DNA of 63,829 bases, counting the filler, from Reclinomonas americana ATCC 50394 (taxonomy: Eukaryota), in NCBI GenBank assembly GCA_048213135.1. It is 5 parts of 3 records of this genome, joined end to end, with 100 filler letters (N's around TTAATTAATTAA, not from the genome) between each part and the next. Parts side by side here need not be neighbours in the genome. Positions count along the whole stretch, not along the records: positions 31,257 to 44,657 come from PS015080.1; positions 44,758 to 56,644 come from PS015080.1; 3 more parts are not named here. One strand, 5' to 3'. The translations under genes and the position numbers were made by a program. The notes under the pieces are model-generated. The model saw only the letters and a list, made by a program, of their open reading frames with translations, made no database searches and was not told where the DNA came from. Positions 42,542 to 55,694 of this stretch are shown piece after piece; position 1 is the stretch's first letter; every line of letters begins with the position of its first letter.

Positions 42542-44470
42542 TTACTGCGTGTTCCAGGTAAAGTACACGCTCGACGGGCTGACGACGTGCGCCTGGGAGT
42601 TGCAGGCCGGCTTGTACTGGGCGCCGGTCCACGACGGGGTGGCCTCCTTGCCCTGGGGGTGGTGGTGGTGTGAGATGGGGAGGGGGAGGAGGAGGGAGGA
42701 AGGAGGGGGTGCGTACCTCCCACTCGATGTGAATGTCGGTGAAGGTGACGTTGCCGTTCTTGGGGTAGTCCTGGGGGTGGGAAGAGGGGTGAGTGGAAGG
42801 GAGGGAGGGGAGAGGGAGAGGGACGCGGGGGATGAAGGAGGCACGACAGAAGAGAAGATGACGGGAGGATTGAATGAGAAGGGAAGAGGACAAGCAGCAG
42901 GAGAGGAAACACGACGATGAAGAGTAAAACAAGCGCGAGAAGCAGGAGAGGAACGCCCAACAAAAAAGGGAGAAAGACAGGAAGATGGCATGGGCAGGAC
43001 AAGAGGAATGCACGAGAAAGCACAGTAGAAACACAAAGAACAAGAAAAAGCAGTGAGAGAAGGACAGCAAGGAAGAAGGAGCAAAAGAAGGAGAGGAGAG
43101 GANNNNNNNNNNNNNNNNNNNNNNNNNNNNNNNNNNNNNNNNNNNNNNNNNNNNNNNNNNNNNNNNNNNNNNNNNNNNNNNNNNNNNNNNNNNNNNNNNN
43201 NNNNNNNNNNNNNNNNNNNNNNNNNNNNNNNNNNNNNNNNNNNNNNNNNNNNNNNNNNNNNNNNNNNNNNNNNNNNNNNNNNNNNNNNNNNNNNNNNNNN
43301 NNNNNNNNNNNNNNNNNNNNNNNNNNNNNNNNNNNNNNNNNNNNNNNNNNNNNNNNNNNNNNNNNNNNNNNNNNNNNNNNNNNNNNNNNNNNNNNNNNNN
43401 NNNNNNNNNNNNNNNNNNNNNNNNNNNNNNNNNNNNNNNNNNNNNNNNNNNNNNNNNNNNNNNNNNNNNNNNNNNNNNNNNNNNNNNNNNNNNNNNNNNN
43501 NNNNNNNNNNNNNNNNNNNNNNNNNNNNNNNNNNNNNNNNNNNNNNNNNNNNNNNNNNNNNNNNNNNNNNNNNNNNNNNNNNNNNNNNNNNNNNNNNNNN
43601 NNNNNNNNNNNNNNNNNNNNNACAAAGAACAAAAAAGCAGTGAGAGAAGGACAGCAAGGAAGAAGAGGCAAAAGAAGGAGAGGAAAACAGGAGAGAGCGG
43701 GAAGAGGACTGCACGACAAAGTAGACAAGAAACACGAGGAAGTGCGAGAAGAAGATAAAACAAGCAGGAGAGACAAAAGTAAGACAGTGAACAAAATCAA
43801 CGAACTGACAACAAACCTTGCACGAATTCGGCTGGTGCTCAATCTGCGCACGACACGAGACAAATGGGAAACAACTTCAACAACAAAAGCACCAGTTAAC
43901 AATGGTGCGTACCACAAAGTACACGTCCTGCGGGGCGGAGAGAACCCAGCATCAGTGACGAGACTCGAGCAGAACGCAGTGAGGGGGCACAGAAACACAC
44001 CGTGAAGATCTTGTCGGACGGATCGACCGGGATGTTCGAGTCAATGTGCCAGCCAGTCTCCTTGCATCTGTAGGCGTGTGAGTCGTCTTGCAGTCATTAT
44101 AACGTGCGCGTCGGCAGCACGCAACTCAATGTGCATGGTGTACGAGTTGTCGGTCTGGTAGGTGATCGATCCGAAAACGTGCATGCCCGGCTCGACGATG
44201 CTGGGAGATGCGAGAGAGAGGTGAGAGGCGGAGGTGCTTTCAGAAGATAGTTTGAGAGAGAGCATGAGTTACCTGTCATCGGACTGCCACCACCTGCGCG
44301 CATGAGAGTGAGTCAACGATGCGTGGAAAGAGAGGGTGAGGGGAGAAAGGAAAGAGAGAGGAAAGAGAGAGGGAGGGAGAGAGAGGAAAAAGAGGAAAGA
44401 GGAAGAACGAGCGGAGGCGATCGTGAATGCGCTACGCTGATGAGCGACTTGCTCTGCGCAAGAGAGACAG

Positions 44471-44535
<65 letters not shown>

Positions 44536-44757
44536 AGAGAGAGGACGACGAGAACTGCTGTACGGCCAAGGCGGATGTACGGTACAGCAGTGCACTGTAT
44601 TTGCAAGTCCACGAGGACGCGCGACGACGTGGATCGTACGGTCCGGGTCCGTCGAGTNNNNNNNNNNNNNNNNNNNNNNNNNNNNNNNNNNNNNNNNNNN
44701 NTTAATTAATTAANNNNNNNNNNNNNNNNNNNNNNNNNNNNNNNNNNNNNNNNNNNN

Positions 44758-44830
<73 letters not shown>

Positions 44831-46168
44831 AGAGAGAGAAAGTGAGAGAGAGTGACGACAGAGAAATGCACGCAACTGGCCGTTCAACCAGTCAAAGTAG
44901 CCTGCGATAAAGGATACAATCAGACACGCGACACGCAAATCAGAGAAGGCGCGAGCCGGCTCTTACCATTGAAGATGGAGTAGCGCGGCGGGAAGTTGCC
45001 AGTGTCGCCGTACGCCAGGATGGGTTGAATGAGCAGATCAGCGGGCTGCAGAGGAATGGAATCAATGGCGATGATGGTGTGATGTGCACAGGGGAGAGTG
45101 TCGTACCACCGGCTCGATGCCGAACCAGAAACCTATATGTATGAATGAGTGAGAGTGGATTTCCGAAAAGGGGGAGGATGGGCAGGACTCACCGGGAGCG
45201 TTGCCGCTCGAGTCGCGGCGGTTGGGGTATCTGTGGGTGGTGGGCGTGAGTGGAAAGGGAGGGGAAAAGCGACAAGCACTTAGCACGAGAGAACGCGCGC
45301 GACAGAAAGACAGAGAGCGCAGAGGGGGTGAGAGAGAACATGTGCAGGTGAGAAGCGAGCCATGATGCGGCAAGCACATGCAAGTGAGCATGAGAGAACG
45401 CGCAAAAAGAGATTGCGCGGAGAAAATCGCACAGAGACACACGTACGCAACTCAGGCACCACCCAAGTGGCATTGACATAGGTCACCTTTTTTCCGTTGC
45501 CCTTGGCAACCTGCACGAAACACACAATCAGCCACACACACGAGAAGAGAAGAGTGAGACAGAGATAGACAGTCCGGCATTCTCTCTCACTCTTGCACTC
45601 ACACACTCACACACACACTCACTCACTCAATCACTCTCTCACTCACTCACTCTCTCTCTCTCTCTCTCTCTCTCNNNNNNNNNNNNNNNNNNNNNNNNNN
45701 NNNNNNNNNNNNNNNNNNNNNNNNNNNNNNNNNNNNNNNNNNNNNNNNNNNNNNNNNNNNNNNNNNNNNNNNNNNNNNNNNNNNNNNNNNNNNNNNNNNN
45801 NNNNNNNNNNNNNNNNNNNNNNNNNNNNNNNNNNNNNNNNNNNNNNNNNNNNNNNNNNNNNNNNNNNNNNNNNNNNNNNNNNNNNNNNNNNNNNNNNNNN
45901 NNNNNNNNNNNNNNNNNNNNNNNNNNNNNNNNNNNNNNNNNNNNNNNNNNNNNNNNNNNNNNNNNNNNNNNNNNNNNNNNNNNNNNNNNNNNNNNNNNNN
46001 NNNNNNNNNNNNNNNNNNNNNNNNNNNNNNNNNNNNNNNNNNNNNNNNNNNNNNNNNNNNNNAGTACGACGTACGTACCGACGTACGTCTCGTCTCTCTC
46101 TCTCTACTACTACACACACACACACACACACCTACCTACCTACCTACTACCTACTACTACTACTCTCT

Positions 46169-46237
<69 letters not shown>

Positions 46238-46643
46238 GTCTGTCTGTGTCTCTTTCTCGCACACATGATTTCGCAAGCACAAGACAGAGTGCATTGCTCC
46301 GACCCCCATCCTTCTCCCTTCCTCTCTCTCTCTCCCTCTGTGTGTGTGTGTGTGTGTGTGCACACACAGGCACACACAAACAAACACATTTTGTGATGCA
46401 TTGCTCCGACTCACTCATTCCCTCTCCCTCCCCCTCCCCCTCCCCCTCTCCCACACACTCAACAGTGTAGGCCAACCACGAATCGGCGGGGTCGTCGCCC
46501 ACACGGCCACCATAGAGATGCTGCGCCGACATCTCCTCCTCCGCTTGCTCACCACGCAGCAGGCGCGACGAGGCCCACGACGTGCTGGCGAACACGCACA
46601 GTGCCAGCAGCAGCACGAGGCACACAAAGACAAGAGCGCGCAT
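42542..46643 (-). CDS. Secreted G1-peptidase-like protein (copy 2), spanning the linker at 44702
   Basis: Exon-by-exon match to 8208-12189. Confidence 0.7.
44555..44590. other. Untrimmed SOLiD/Ion mate-pair internal adapter
   Basis: CTGCTGTACGGCCAAGGCGGATGTACGGTACAGCAG, recognised from memory as this adapter. It is followed by an error-ridden copy of about 41685-41745, as expected for the mate read. Confidence 0.85.
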
Positions 46644-47033
46644 GGCAGAGAGAAATTTGGAATGTGGGACGTCGCCCTTGTTGTGAAGGACGTCGACGTT
46701 CTTGCAGCAGTTCACTCGCTGATCTTGGCTCCGGATATGCTCATCCCGCTCAGCGGTAATACTTTTTTCTTGTGCGATCCGGATACACAACAACAAAACT
46801 TCTCAACCAATAACGCGACCGACCAGTATGTTCGCTCTTGGTTGATCCGCGCACGACAATGAGCATCTACCAGTGATCGCTAACAGCAACACCTCAACAA
46901 GCGCGGTTGAACAATAATGGATTTGACGAACTTGGATAGACTTCATTTTTGCACCAATCCCACTGCCTATCATCGCCATGGTGCATGCGCACGTGCATTC
47001 GGCACAGCGCACAACAGAATCACTTCACGTCAA

Positions 47034-49705
47034 TCAAGTGCACTGATTGACGTACGAGTTGATGGTGTTGAAGGTGAAGGAGCTAGCTCCGAAGCGCGTG
47101 AACGAGAATCCCTTCCACCAGCGATAGTTGTTGGGATTGGAAGCCGGCAGAGTAAACTCCTCGAAGATGCCACTGCTGTTGACGACCGTCACCTTTGCTC
47201 CCGACGTGTGGAGAGGAGTCTCGCCCGAGTAGTTGTGGACGCAGTAGGTGAAGGTGCCGAGGAACGACGGCTGGAAGGTGACGGCGATGATCTCCGGACC
47301 GAATGAAGTTGTGTCGTCTGTGTTGAGTTGGGCAAATGGATACGCGCCCAGCGAACCGCGGTTCGCCAACGGGTAGAAAACGTGATGGGCGATGTTCGAC
47401 GACGGCAGTGGCGTAAACAAGTGGCTGTCGAGGTCGTGCGGATGGATATCCCAGGCCAACAGGACGTAGAGGTCGATCGGAACAGCAGTAACCACAAGGG
47501 TGCCGATGGGAATGTCGTCGTGTGGTGAGGCGGGCGTGTTGAACATGGCGACCGTGCCGGTCGTGCCAAAGTAGTTGGCCACCAGGTTAATCGTGCTGGA
47601 AGAGCGGACCGCGAGCCGGAAACAACCGTCCGTGCCCGTGTACGTGGATGAAGAGCCCGTGTATCCGACTCCAGTGTGAACCACAAGCGCATTCGGCACT
47701 AGCAAGCCAGTGGGGGCGAGCACCACACAGCCGGTGACGTATACGCGTTCGTTGACGTAGACATCGTCAAAGTTCCAGAATGTAAAGTGCGACACACTGT
47801 GTGATAAACAGTACAGTAAATGAGAGACAATGTTGGGATAGCGCAGCGAGCAGGGAACACAGTACGCACGTGCCGACCAGCGCCGTGCCATCGCGCGTGC
47901 TAAGCGTCTCCTGCACCCACTGGCCAGTGCTAGCGTCGAAGCTCCACAGGGGCACCGTGGCTGGTGCGGATGCGGAGAGGGCCGAGTCGAGACGCAGAGT
48001 GGCAGAGGCGCCATGTGCCAGCTCGACCGACTTTCCGTTGACAGAGTCCACCAGGTGCACGTGGAGGAAACCGTAGCTGATAAGCGGTACCGAGTTGCCA
48101 CTGCCATCGCGACCGACAAAGTCACCAGGGAAAGCACCGAGATGTGCGCTCGCATTGCTGAAGTCGAAACCCGACAAGTACACGTTGACGGGGTTGGTGA
48201 CGAGTTGCAACAGGTCGTCGGCGTACGCAAACGCGTTGGCCGGGAAGGTGACCGTGTGTGAATTGCTTGAGACCGTGCCGCCGCTAGACGGCGTCACAAG
48301 CTGTTGCACCTGCGAGTGCGCGAGCAGCACGTCAACCCATGTCGTCTCGCCGTTGACGATCGCCAGCGTGCGGTAGTTATCGAGGTAGCCAGAGAACGAT
48401 GCGATCAGCACAACGCTGGAGCTGGCGTCGAGAATGCCAAACGAGAAGGTGCCCTGATCGTTGGCAAAGGTGCTGTGGCTACCAATGGTGACAGAGGCGC
48501 CGGCGATGATGGCACCAGTGAAGGCGTCCTTCACTGTTCCGTTCACAATGCCGCCGCGGGAGACGCTGCAAGTTTTGAAGTCAGTGAGGAGGGGTTGGGG
48601 GAAGAAGGACATGATAGTCGAAGAAAAGAAATGATACATGCGCACGCACCATACGCGATCACTGGTGGCAGTCGGTGCCTTGCGTTCGACCTGGTTCGCT
48701 TGACACACGGTGAGATCAGTGCACACTCGATTGGCCGTGGCCGTGCACGGCGACGACTGGTACTGGTTCGCCGGGCACGGAGCGCACTCGGTGAAAGCCA
48801 CGCAGGCGGCGGGCGAGCCGCACGTGCCGTTGAAGAAGTAGTTGTTGGGGTAGTTGACACCGTTGCATTCGCCATTGCGACCGCCAGCATAGCACTGGCA
48901 ATGCGTGCCCACATTGAGGTTGCGAGAGAGGTTGCTGCGGTTGCCACAGAAGCACGATCCGGACTGGCAGAAACCGTAGCTGTGAAATACCAACGTGATG
49001 ATCAATACAAAAAGTGTGGTGTGTGATGTGGTGTGTTATCATTCAGCGATGTAGATCTAGAGTACGCAACGGGTAGCTGCAGTCTGAGTCGAAAGTGCAC
49101 GTCACCGTGGGGGGAGTCGACGAGGCGGCAATGCAGGCAGCGGCCGAGGTGCACTGGGTGGAGGTGCCGAAGGCGTAGTTGTTGGGATACGGCGCGCCAT
49201 TGCACTGGCCGCCTTTGCCGCCGGCGTAGCATTGGCACGAGTCGCCGCGGTTGAGGTTGAGCGAGCCGTCCGAGCGGTTGCCGCAGATGCATGAGCCACT
49301 GTGCAGATGGAGGTAAGTCGCGATCGGGAGAGACATGTCTTGACAAAGACGGAAACTGTCTGATTTTTCCGCGCTCATTATGATCATACGAAACACAAAG
49401 CAGCGCATGCGAAACAAGTGGAGTGCACACAAGAGAGAGAGAGAGACATGAAGTGCGTGTGTACAAGGAAGAAAAGTTTCGGAACACAAGAATCTCACAA
49501 GCCAAAAACCACGTGAAATTTGAAAAACACAGCGGCAACGTTAACAACTCTACAAAAGGGTCCACGTGACAAGACGCAACGACTTGCAGTATCCATAGGG
49601 ATAGTTGCATTCCGAGTCACCGCTGCACGCCAGAGCGGTCGTGGCAAACAGGGCCGTGGCCAGCGCAACGATGAGAAGTGTTGTCAGAGTGCGAGTGTGC
49701 GACAT
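47034..49705 (-). CDS. Secreted protein: Cys-rich repeats, TNFR-like Cys repeat, carboxypeptidase-regulatory-like domain, FAM171/CILP-like domain and YfaP(DUF2135)-like C-terminus (paralog A)
   Basis: Signal peptide; CAPCPANQYQSSPCTATANRVC; GTVKDAFTGAIIAGASV; VPLWSFDASTGQW...VSHFTFWNFD; LAWDIHPHDLDSHL...DDTTSFGPE...YCVHNYS; 5 exons. Confidence 0.75.
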
Positions 49706-49833
49706 CTGCAGCACAATTGCAACCGCAGCGCACGAGTGAGATGCAAATATTAAAAAAGGCACAAGCAGAGCACTCAGACCGCACCTTGTCTGCGCTCACA
49801 GAAGGACGAGGAAAGAAGTTCGGCTTGAACACG

Positions 49834-50042
49834 CACTTAGATTCGCCCCACCCACCCTGACAAACTCCGTTCTCGGTGGACCAAAAATGGCTACAACATT
49901 AGAAGTTGTCTCACGCTTAGATTCGCCCGTGACAAACTCCATTCTCGGTTGACCAAAAATGGCTACAAAATTCGAACGAGTTTTTCCGATAGTGTCCGCC
50001 TTTAAGTAGAGCATCCATACGAGTTTCTCCGATCGTGTCCGC
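49834..50042. promoter_or_regulatory. Duplicated motifs in the divergent intergenic region between the two paralogs
   Basis: CTTAGATTCGCCC..TGACAAACTCCRTTCTCGGTKGACCAAAAATGGCTACAA occurs twice (near 49836 and 49916). ACGAGTTTYTCCGATMGTGTCCGC occurs twice (near 49976 and 50019). A regulatory role is inferred from position only. Confidence 0.45.
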
Positions 50043-50250
50043 AGCGCTTCAAATCAGAGCGCAGCACTACAAACAACAACAACCAACGACACAAAACACC
50101 ATTCATGATGGCAGCTGCAGGCTAATGCTGTGCGTCAGCGCGCTGCGCGCGTGGGTGTGTGTGTTTTCGTCAACTGCGATGCCAAATTGAGTCGTCCTGC
50201 AGCAGGCCATTTTCATTTTTTCTCGCACTGAGAGCAGACCAGCCGGTACC

Positions 50251-53200
50251 ATGCTTTCCCGTATTATGCTGATCGCAGTGCTCGTGATGTGCATGTTCGC
50301 AGCCACTGCGCTGGCATGCTCCACTGACTCTGACTGCGCCTACCCATACGGCTTCTGCCAGTCGTTGCGCTCTTTCACGAGGTCGCCGTGTCTTGCAGCG
50401 TAGATACGCTTACTGTCCGCATATGTTTTTTCCGCAGTGGCTCATGCATCTGCGGCAACCGCTCGGACGGCTCGCTCAACCTCAACCGCGGCGACTCGTG
50501 CCAATGCTACGCCGGCGGCAAAGGCGGCCAGTGCAATGGCGCGCCGTATCCCAACAACTACGCCTTCGGCACCTCCACCCAGTGCACCTCGGCCGCTGCC
50601 TGCATTGCCGCCTCGTCGACTCCCCCCACGGTGACGTGCACTTTCGACTCAGACTGCAGCTACCCGTTGCGTACTCTACATCGCTGAATGATAACACACC
50701 ACATCACCCACGTTGCTATTTCGCATCCATGCACAGCTACGGTTTCTGCCAGTCCGGATCGTGCTTCTGTGGCAACCGCAGCAACCTCTCTCGCAACCTC
50801 AATGTGGGCACGCATTGCCAGTGTTATGCTGGCGGTCGCAATGGCGAATGCAACGGTGTCAACTACCCCAACAACTACTTCTTCAACGGCACGTGCGGCT
50901 CGCCCGCCGCCTGCGTGGCTTTCACCGAGTGCGCTCCGTGCCCGGCGAACCAGTACCAGTCGTCGCCGTGCACGGCCACGGCCAATCGAGTGTGCACTGA
51001 TCTCACCGTGTGCCAGGCCGACGAAGTCGAGCGCAAAGCGCCCACCACCACCAGTGATCGCATTTGGTACGTGGTCGAGACGCGCTTGCTATAGCTATAT
51101 TGCTATAGCTGCGTGTGTGGGTGTAAGCATTCGTCACTTACTGCGTGCTCTCGATTGGTTGCATAGTGCTACTCGGGGTGGTATTGTGAGCGGCACTGTG
51201 CAAGATGCCGCCACCGGTGTCACTTTGGCCAACGTCGCCCTCATTATTGGCGCGCACGAAACGGTCACGGGCAGCAATGGTATCTTCTCCTTTGGCAGGC
51301 TCGACGCCAGCGCGAATGTGATACTCTTCGCCACACTCTCTGGCTTCCTCGACAACTATCGCACGTTGGCCATTGTCGACGGCGAGACGACGTGGTTGAC
51401 TGTGCTGCTGGCCCACGAGCAGGTGCAACAAGTGGTGGTACCATCGATTGGCGGTGTGGTGACCAGCGGCTCGCACTCTGTCACCTTCCCCTCCAACGCA
51501 TTCGCGTACTCGGACGACCTGACAGTGCCGGTTACCAACCCTGTCAACGTGTACTTCTCGGGCTTCGACTTTAGCAACGCCGAGGTGCACATGGGTGCCT
51601 TTCCCGGCGACTTTATTGGTCGCAGCAGCAGCGGCAGTGTAGGTCTGCTCACGAGCTTGGGCTTTTTGCACGTGCGCATGGAGGACTCGGTGACTGGCAA
51701 GTTGCTGGAGCTGGCGCTCGGCAAGTCGGCCACGCTACGACTCGACTCTGCACTCACAACGACGGCACCAAGCACGGTGCCGCTGTGGTCTTTCGACGCA
51801 AGTACCGGACAGTGGGTAGAGGAGGCAGTTGCCACTCGCGTCGGCACGGCGTTGGTTGGCAGGTTTGTAAGCTTAGCTACATCAACGATGATCCATTGAT
51901 GATGTTTTGCGAGCAACTCACTGATATGTGCCCACAGTGTGACGCATTTCACGTTCTGGGCGTACAATAGTCTATATTTGGACCAGACTGTCTTTGTTAC
52001 TGGCTGTGTCAAGTTCTCGCCCAGCGGCAGTCCCGTCTCAAATGTCATCGTGAAGCACACTGGTGACGGATACTTGGGCGCGTCCGCGACATTCACGAAC
52101 ATTGATGGCTGCTACACCCCCACCGGCGCTTTCCTTGGGACGGTGTGTCCCGGTCAAAGCGGGCCCGCGGACCACCGTGGCGGTGAATTCCGGGCAAATC
52201 TAATCGGCCACGGTGTGTTGCGGGCGAAGAAAAACAGTTGACCGTCGGCGTCGACAGTTGGGTCTGTTCAGATAAGTGCGGGCTGTGCCGGCACCGGCAT
52301 CGCGGCCTGTGCACACACCGCCTCGGCTTTGGCCAACCGCCCGATGCCGCCCAATGCCGCCGTCTCCACCGCACTGCACCGCGCGGCACCGATGCAAAAC
52401 GAGACCACTTGCACCGTCTTTGGAGCCTCGTGTGCGTGTGCCCACTCAATAAACTCCCCACGACCCGCGGGCCACACATTCTGTGTCGTGGCAATACTTG
52501 TGTGACGTGCATGCAGTGAAGCATCTGAGTGTTGCACAGTGCTCGTTTGCGTTCTGGTGGCGACGCTGTTTTGCCATGGTGATGATGAAACAAGCACGGG
52601 GAGCGCCCCGTGTGACTGTCTTCTTTCCATCCGTGTGCATGTGCGTGCGTTGCCGTGGGTGCTGGTTCACGAGTGAGACAAACGCAACACAGTTGTCCCT
52701 CGCGAGTGCGGGCCCTCAACGAGTCGTTTGATCTGCGCGCGCAACGGCAGTACGTGGTCTCTCTCTGCTTCATGCTGTGCGTGTCTGACTGTGTGGCGTC
52801 GTTTGTGTCGTCTTGATCACTGCTGTGAGCTCAAGGACTTTGTGGTTGGTAAGTGAGCGTTTCGCGCGCGCGGGAAAAGTGTTGTTGTCGCTTGTGCTCT
52901 CACCAGCCTGTGTGCGTCTGCACAGGTTTCAAGCGCAACAGAGTCAGTGTGGTAACTTGCGCGGGTGTGTCGCTTCTGAGATGGTGCGTGTGTGTCTCTG
53001 TATGTGTGTGTGTTTGAGCTTTTCCCGCCCACTTCTGCGCGACTCGCCGAGGCCCTCTCTCTCTCTGTGGCGACCACATTGGCCCGTGTGTTGACACTGA
53101 CGTACCCATGCAGATGATTTCTTGGAGTGCGATAGTGACTGTCTGTGATCCTCTTGGCTGCGTGTTCACTGTGTGACGGCCATGCTGTGCTTCTCATCAG

Positions 53201-54943
53201 CACGAATCCGCTATCCGTGAACTGCGGGCCCTGTGTTCGACTCGTTGACGCGCTCGGTGTTGCAGTTCCCACGCCCGCTGCCGCTGCTGTACTTCTGCAT
53301 CTGTTGACGCTGTTGTTTTCCCTCTCCGAACCTTCGTTCTGTTTACCAGCGGTGGCCTCACTGTGCATGTCTTGGCGGCTGTGTCTGTTAATGGACTTGT
53401 GTCAAGCTCTCGCGGCCTCTGTTCTTGCAAGTCACGGTGTCGCTCACTGCCACTCACGCCGATCCGCTCAGCCGCTGGCAAGCTTGTCTCTCTTGATTGT
53501 GCCGTGGTGGAGCTGTGATACAGTGTCTGGCGACTTGGGCTGTGACTGGTGGCTGACGGTTGGCGTTTGTGATCACTCTGTGGGTGTACATGTTGCTCGA
53601 TGAATGCAGGTCTCCAGCTTGGCGGTGTGTTCATCATTTGTTCTCTTGTTTTGTGAGTGGTGTGCTGTGGACGCTGAGAATTCGTGCTGTATCACTGTTG
53701 TGTCGGTTGTCTACAATGTGCGCCTTCAACCTTGACGGTGTATGATGTCGGTCTCGGCGATGTGGACGTGTGCGGATCTGAGTGGGAGGGAACTGGATTG
53801 CTCAAGTTTGGCGCACTGTGATTGATTTTGTGGTGGAGCGCCTCTGTACTCTGCGCGCATTGTGTCGGGGACTTAGCAGTTTTTACTCGATCTTCTTTGT
53901 GCGAGCACAGTCAGAGTTGTCAGTGAAACTTGCGTGTTGAAACCTGTGGGGGGAAAGTGAGGTGGTGGGGTAGTAGGGGGTAGGCAGAGCGGAGAGTGGT
54001 GGGTACCGCGTGCAGGCGGGCCGGTACGGCGCGCGGGCCGCGCGAACCCAAAACGAGCCCGCCGCGGCTTTGTGGCGGTGCCGAATCACACCGATTCTCG
54101 CGGTCCGTGGCGGGCCGTCATTTTCTTTGCCTTTTCTGGCGACCACCGTGGCGGTGTTGAAACAACTAAGTGCACCCGCGAAGTGAGGCGGTGCCGGGAC
54201 AAGTTATTCACGGTGTTGGCACAACAAACGGAGTCATTTCGTTTTGTGAGGGCCCTATTTACCGGAAGGTGCCGTACGGAACCGTGACCGGTGTGTCGCG
54301 GTACCGCCACTCGCTCGGGATACTGGCCGTGTACAAGCTTCCTGTGCGCGCAGCCAGCACCATCCACCTGGTGGCCAACTACCTTGGTACGCTCTCCAAT
54401 ACGCTCACCACCAATTCTCCAGCATACATGCCGGGAATGCAGCCGGCCTATCCCGTGGCCCTGCTATTTATTCCGATCCGTTCCTGTGCACTCACGATCA
54501 CGTTGCAATGGAACCGACGCCCTCGAGACCTGGACGCCTACCTGCTCACCCCGTTGGTTACTCCGTACCACCAAGTGTACTACGGCAGCACAGGCAATCT
54601 TAACGGATTGCCTTTCGCCCTGCACAGCGGTGATGACCAAGGGCAGTTTGGCCACGGAACGGAGGTTATTTGCGTTCGACAGACACAGCTCAACATGGGC
54701 TTCTACAAGTACTGTGTCCACAACTACTCCAACGAGATTCGCATGGACGAGTCATACGCCACTGTTCTGGTCGACAACTCCACTACGAAGACGGGCTTCC
54801 AGTTCGTTGCCGAGCCAGGCACTTCCGGCGCCAACTTCAATCGCTGGTGGAAGCCCTTCACGTTTGATCTCGATGGCGTGAAGGCGAAGATCCACCCCAC
54901 TGACAAGTCGATTCAGTACGTCAACCAGCAGCAATGCTTGTGA
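50251..54943 (+). pseudogene. Paralog B of the Cys-rich/YfaP-like protein; last exon interrupted by an insertion
   Basis: Same architecture as paralog A. Removing 52115-54333 restores IDGC-Y-KLPVRAASTIHLVANY, collinear with TDGCFRLAVRSSSTINLVANY in paralog A. Confidence 0.8.
52115..54331. mobile_element. 2217-bp putative non-autonomous DNA transposon with CAC...GTG ends and a TA target-site duplication
   Basis: TA|CACCCCCA...TGGCCGTG|TA. The subterminal 16-mer GACCACCGTGGCGGTG occurs at 52170 and 54141. No recognisable transposase ORF. Confidence 0.8.
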
Positions 54944-55045
54944 CGGAAGGGATAGGGGGGAGTTATCAACAAGTTTATCGATAGCTTATTTGTGTTGTTT
55001 TTTCCTATGGGACTTGTGGATTGCTTGTTGTCATGTCCTTGCTTA

Positions 55046-55694
55046 CATGGTGAATAAACTGTTCACCGACAGTGGATCTTCGCGATGCGCTCGCTCAACT
55101 GGCAGCCGAGAGTGCCAAGATCAAGTAAGAGAGACCGGCTCTGTTGAGAAGTCGTGCGGCGTGCAACCCGCTCGCAGTCTGGGACCGGCTGCCTGTACTG
55201 CTGCTGCTGCTGAGCGATTGGGCGGTGCTGGCGCATCTCGACCGCAGACTCGTCACCTTGCTGGTGCCGCCAGTGGCCGTGTCGAGTCAGGGAAGGCCGT
55301 TCCCGTCGACAGAGTAGCGCGCGACGTGCCGAACAGCCTTTCTGCGTCCGACCTCGACACTGCAGGCCTGCTTGGCGAGGTTCAGAAGTTGCGTGCTCGC
55401 GTCGAGCAGCTCGGCTACCAGCTGCAAGATGAGAGAGTCGAGCGCAAGCGACTGGAGGAGCAGGAGGTCGCCTTGCGAACGGAACTGGAGGACGCGCACA
55501 GCAATCTGCAGCAACTGCTGGACGTCAAGTCCGAGCTGATTCACCACATTGATCGCCAGGAGAGCGTCATTGGACACCTGCAGGCGTGCGTTCGTGATCG
55601 GGATGGACGACTGCAGAAGTGCTCGAGTGCGTTGGCGGTGCTGGAAAAAGTTGCGTTCCGTACAGCGTGCCGCTCGTGTCGCTACACACTCTGA
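55046..55694 (+). CDS. Putative coiled-coil protein; exon structure uncertain
   Basis: Heptad-like stretch LLGEVQKLRARVEQLGYQLQDERVERKRLEEQEVALRTELEDAHSNLQQLL. Confidence 0.4.

Noticed and set aside
44554-44657. Perfect hairpin ACTGCTGTAC...GTACAGCAGT followed by a stray exon fragment
   Set aside because: Matches the mate-pair internal adapter plus a noisy mate read from about 41685-41745; library artefact.
46063-46175. GTAC/TAC-rich periodic sequence
   Set aside because: Lies at a contig edge and looks like low-quality flow-sequencing noise over CT/CA microsatellites.
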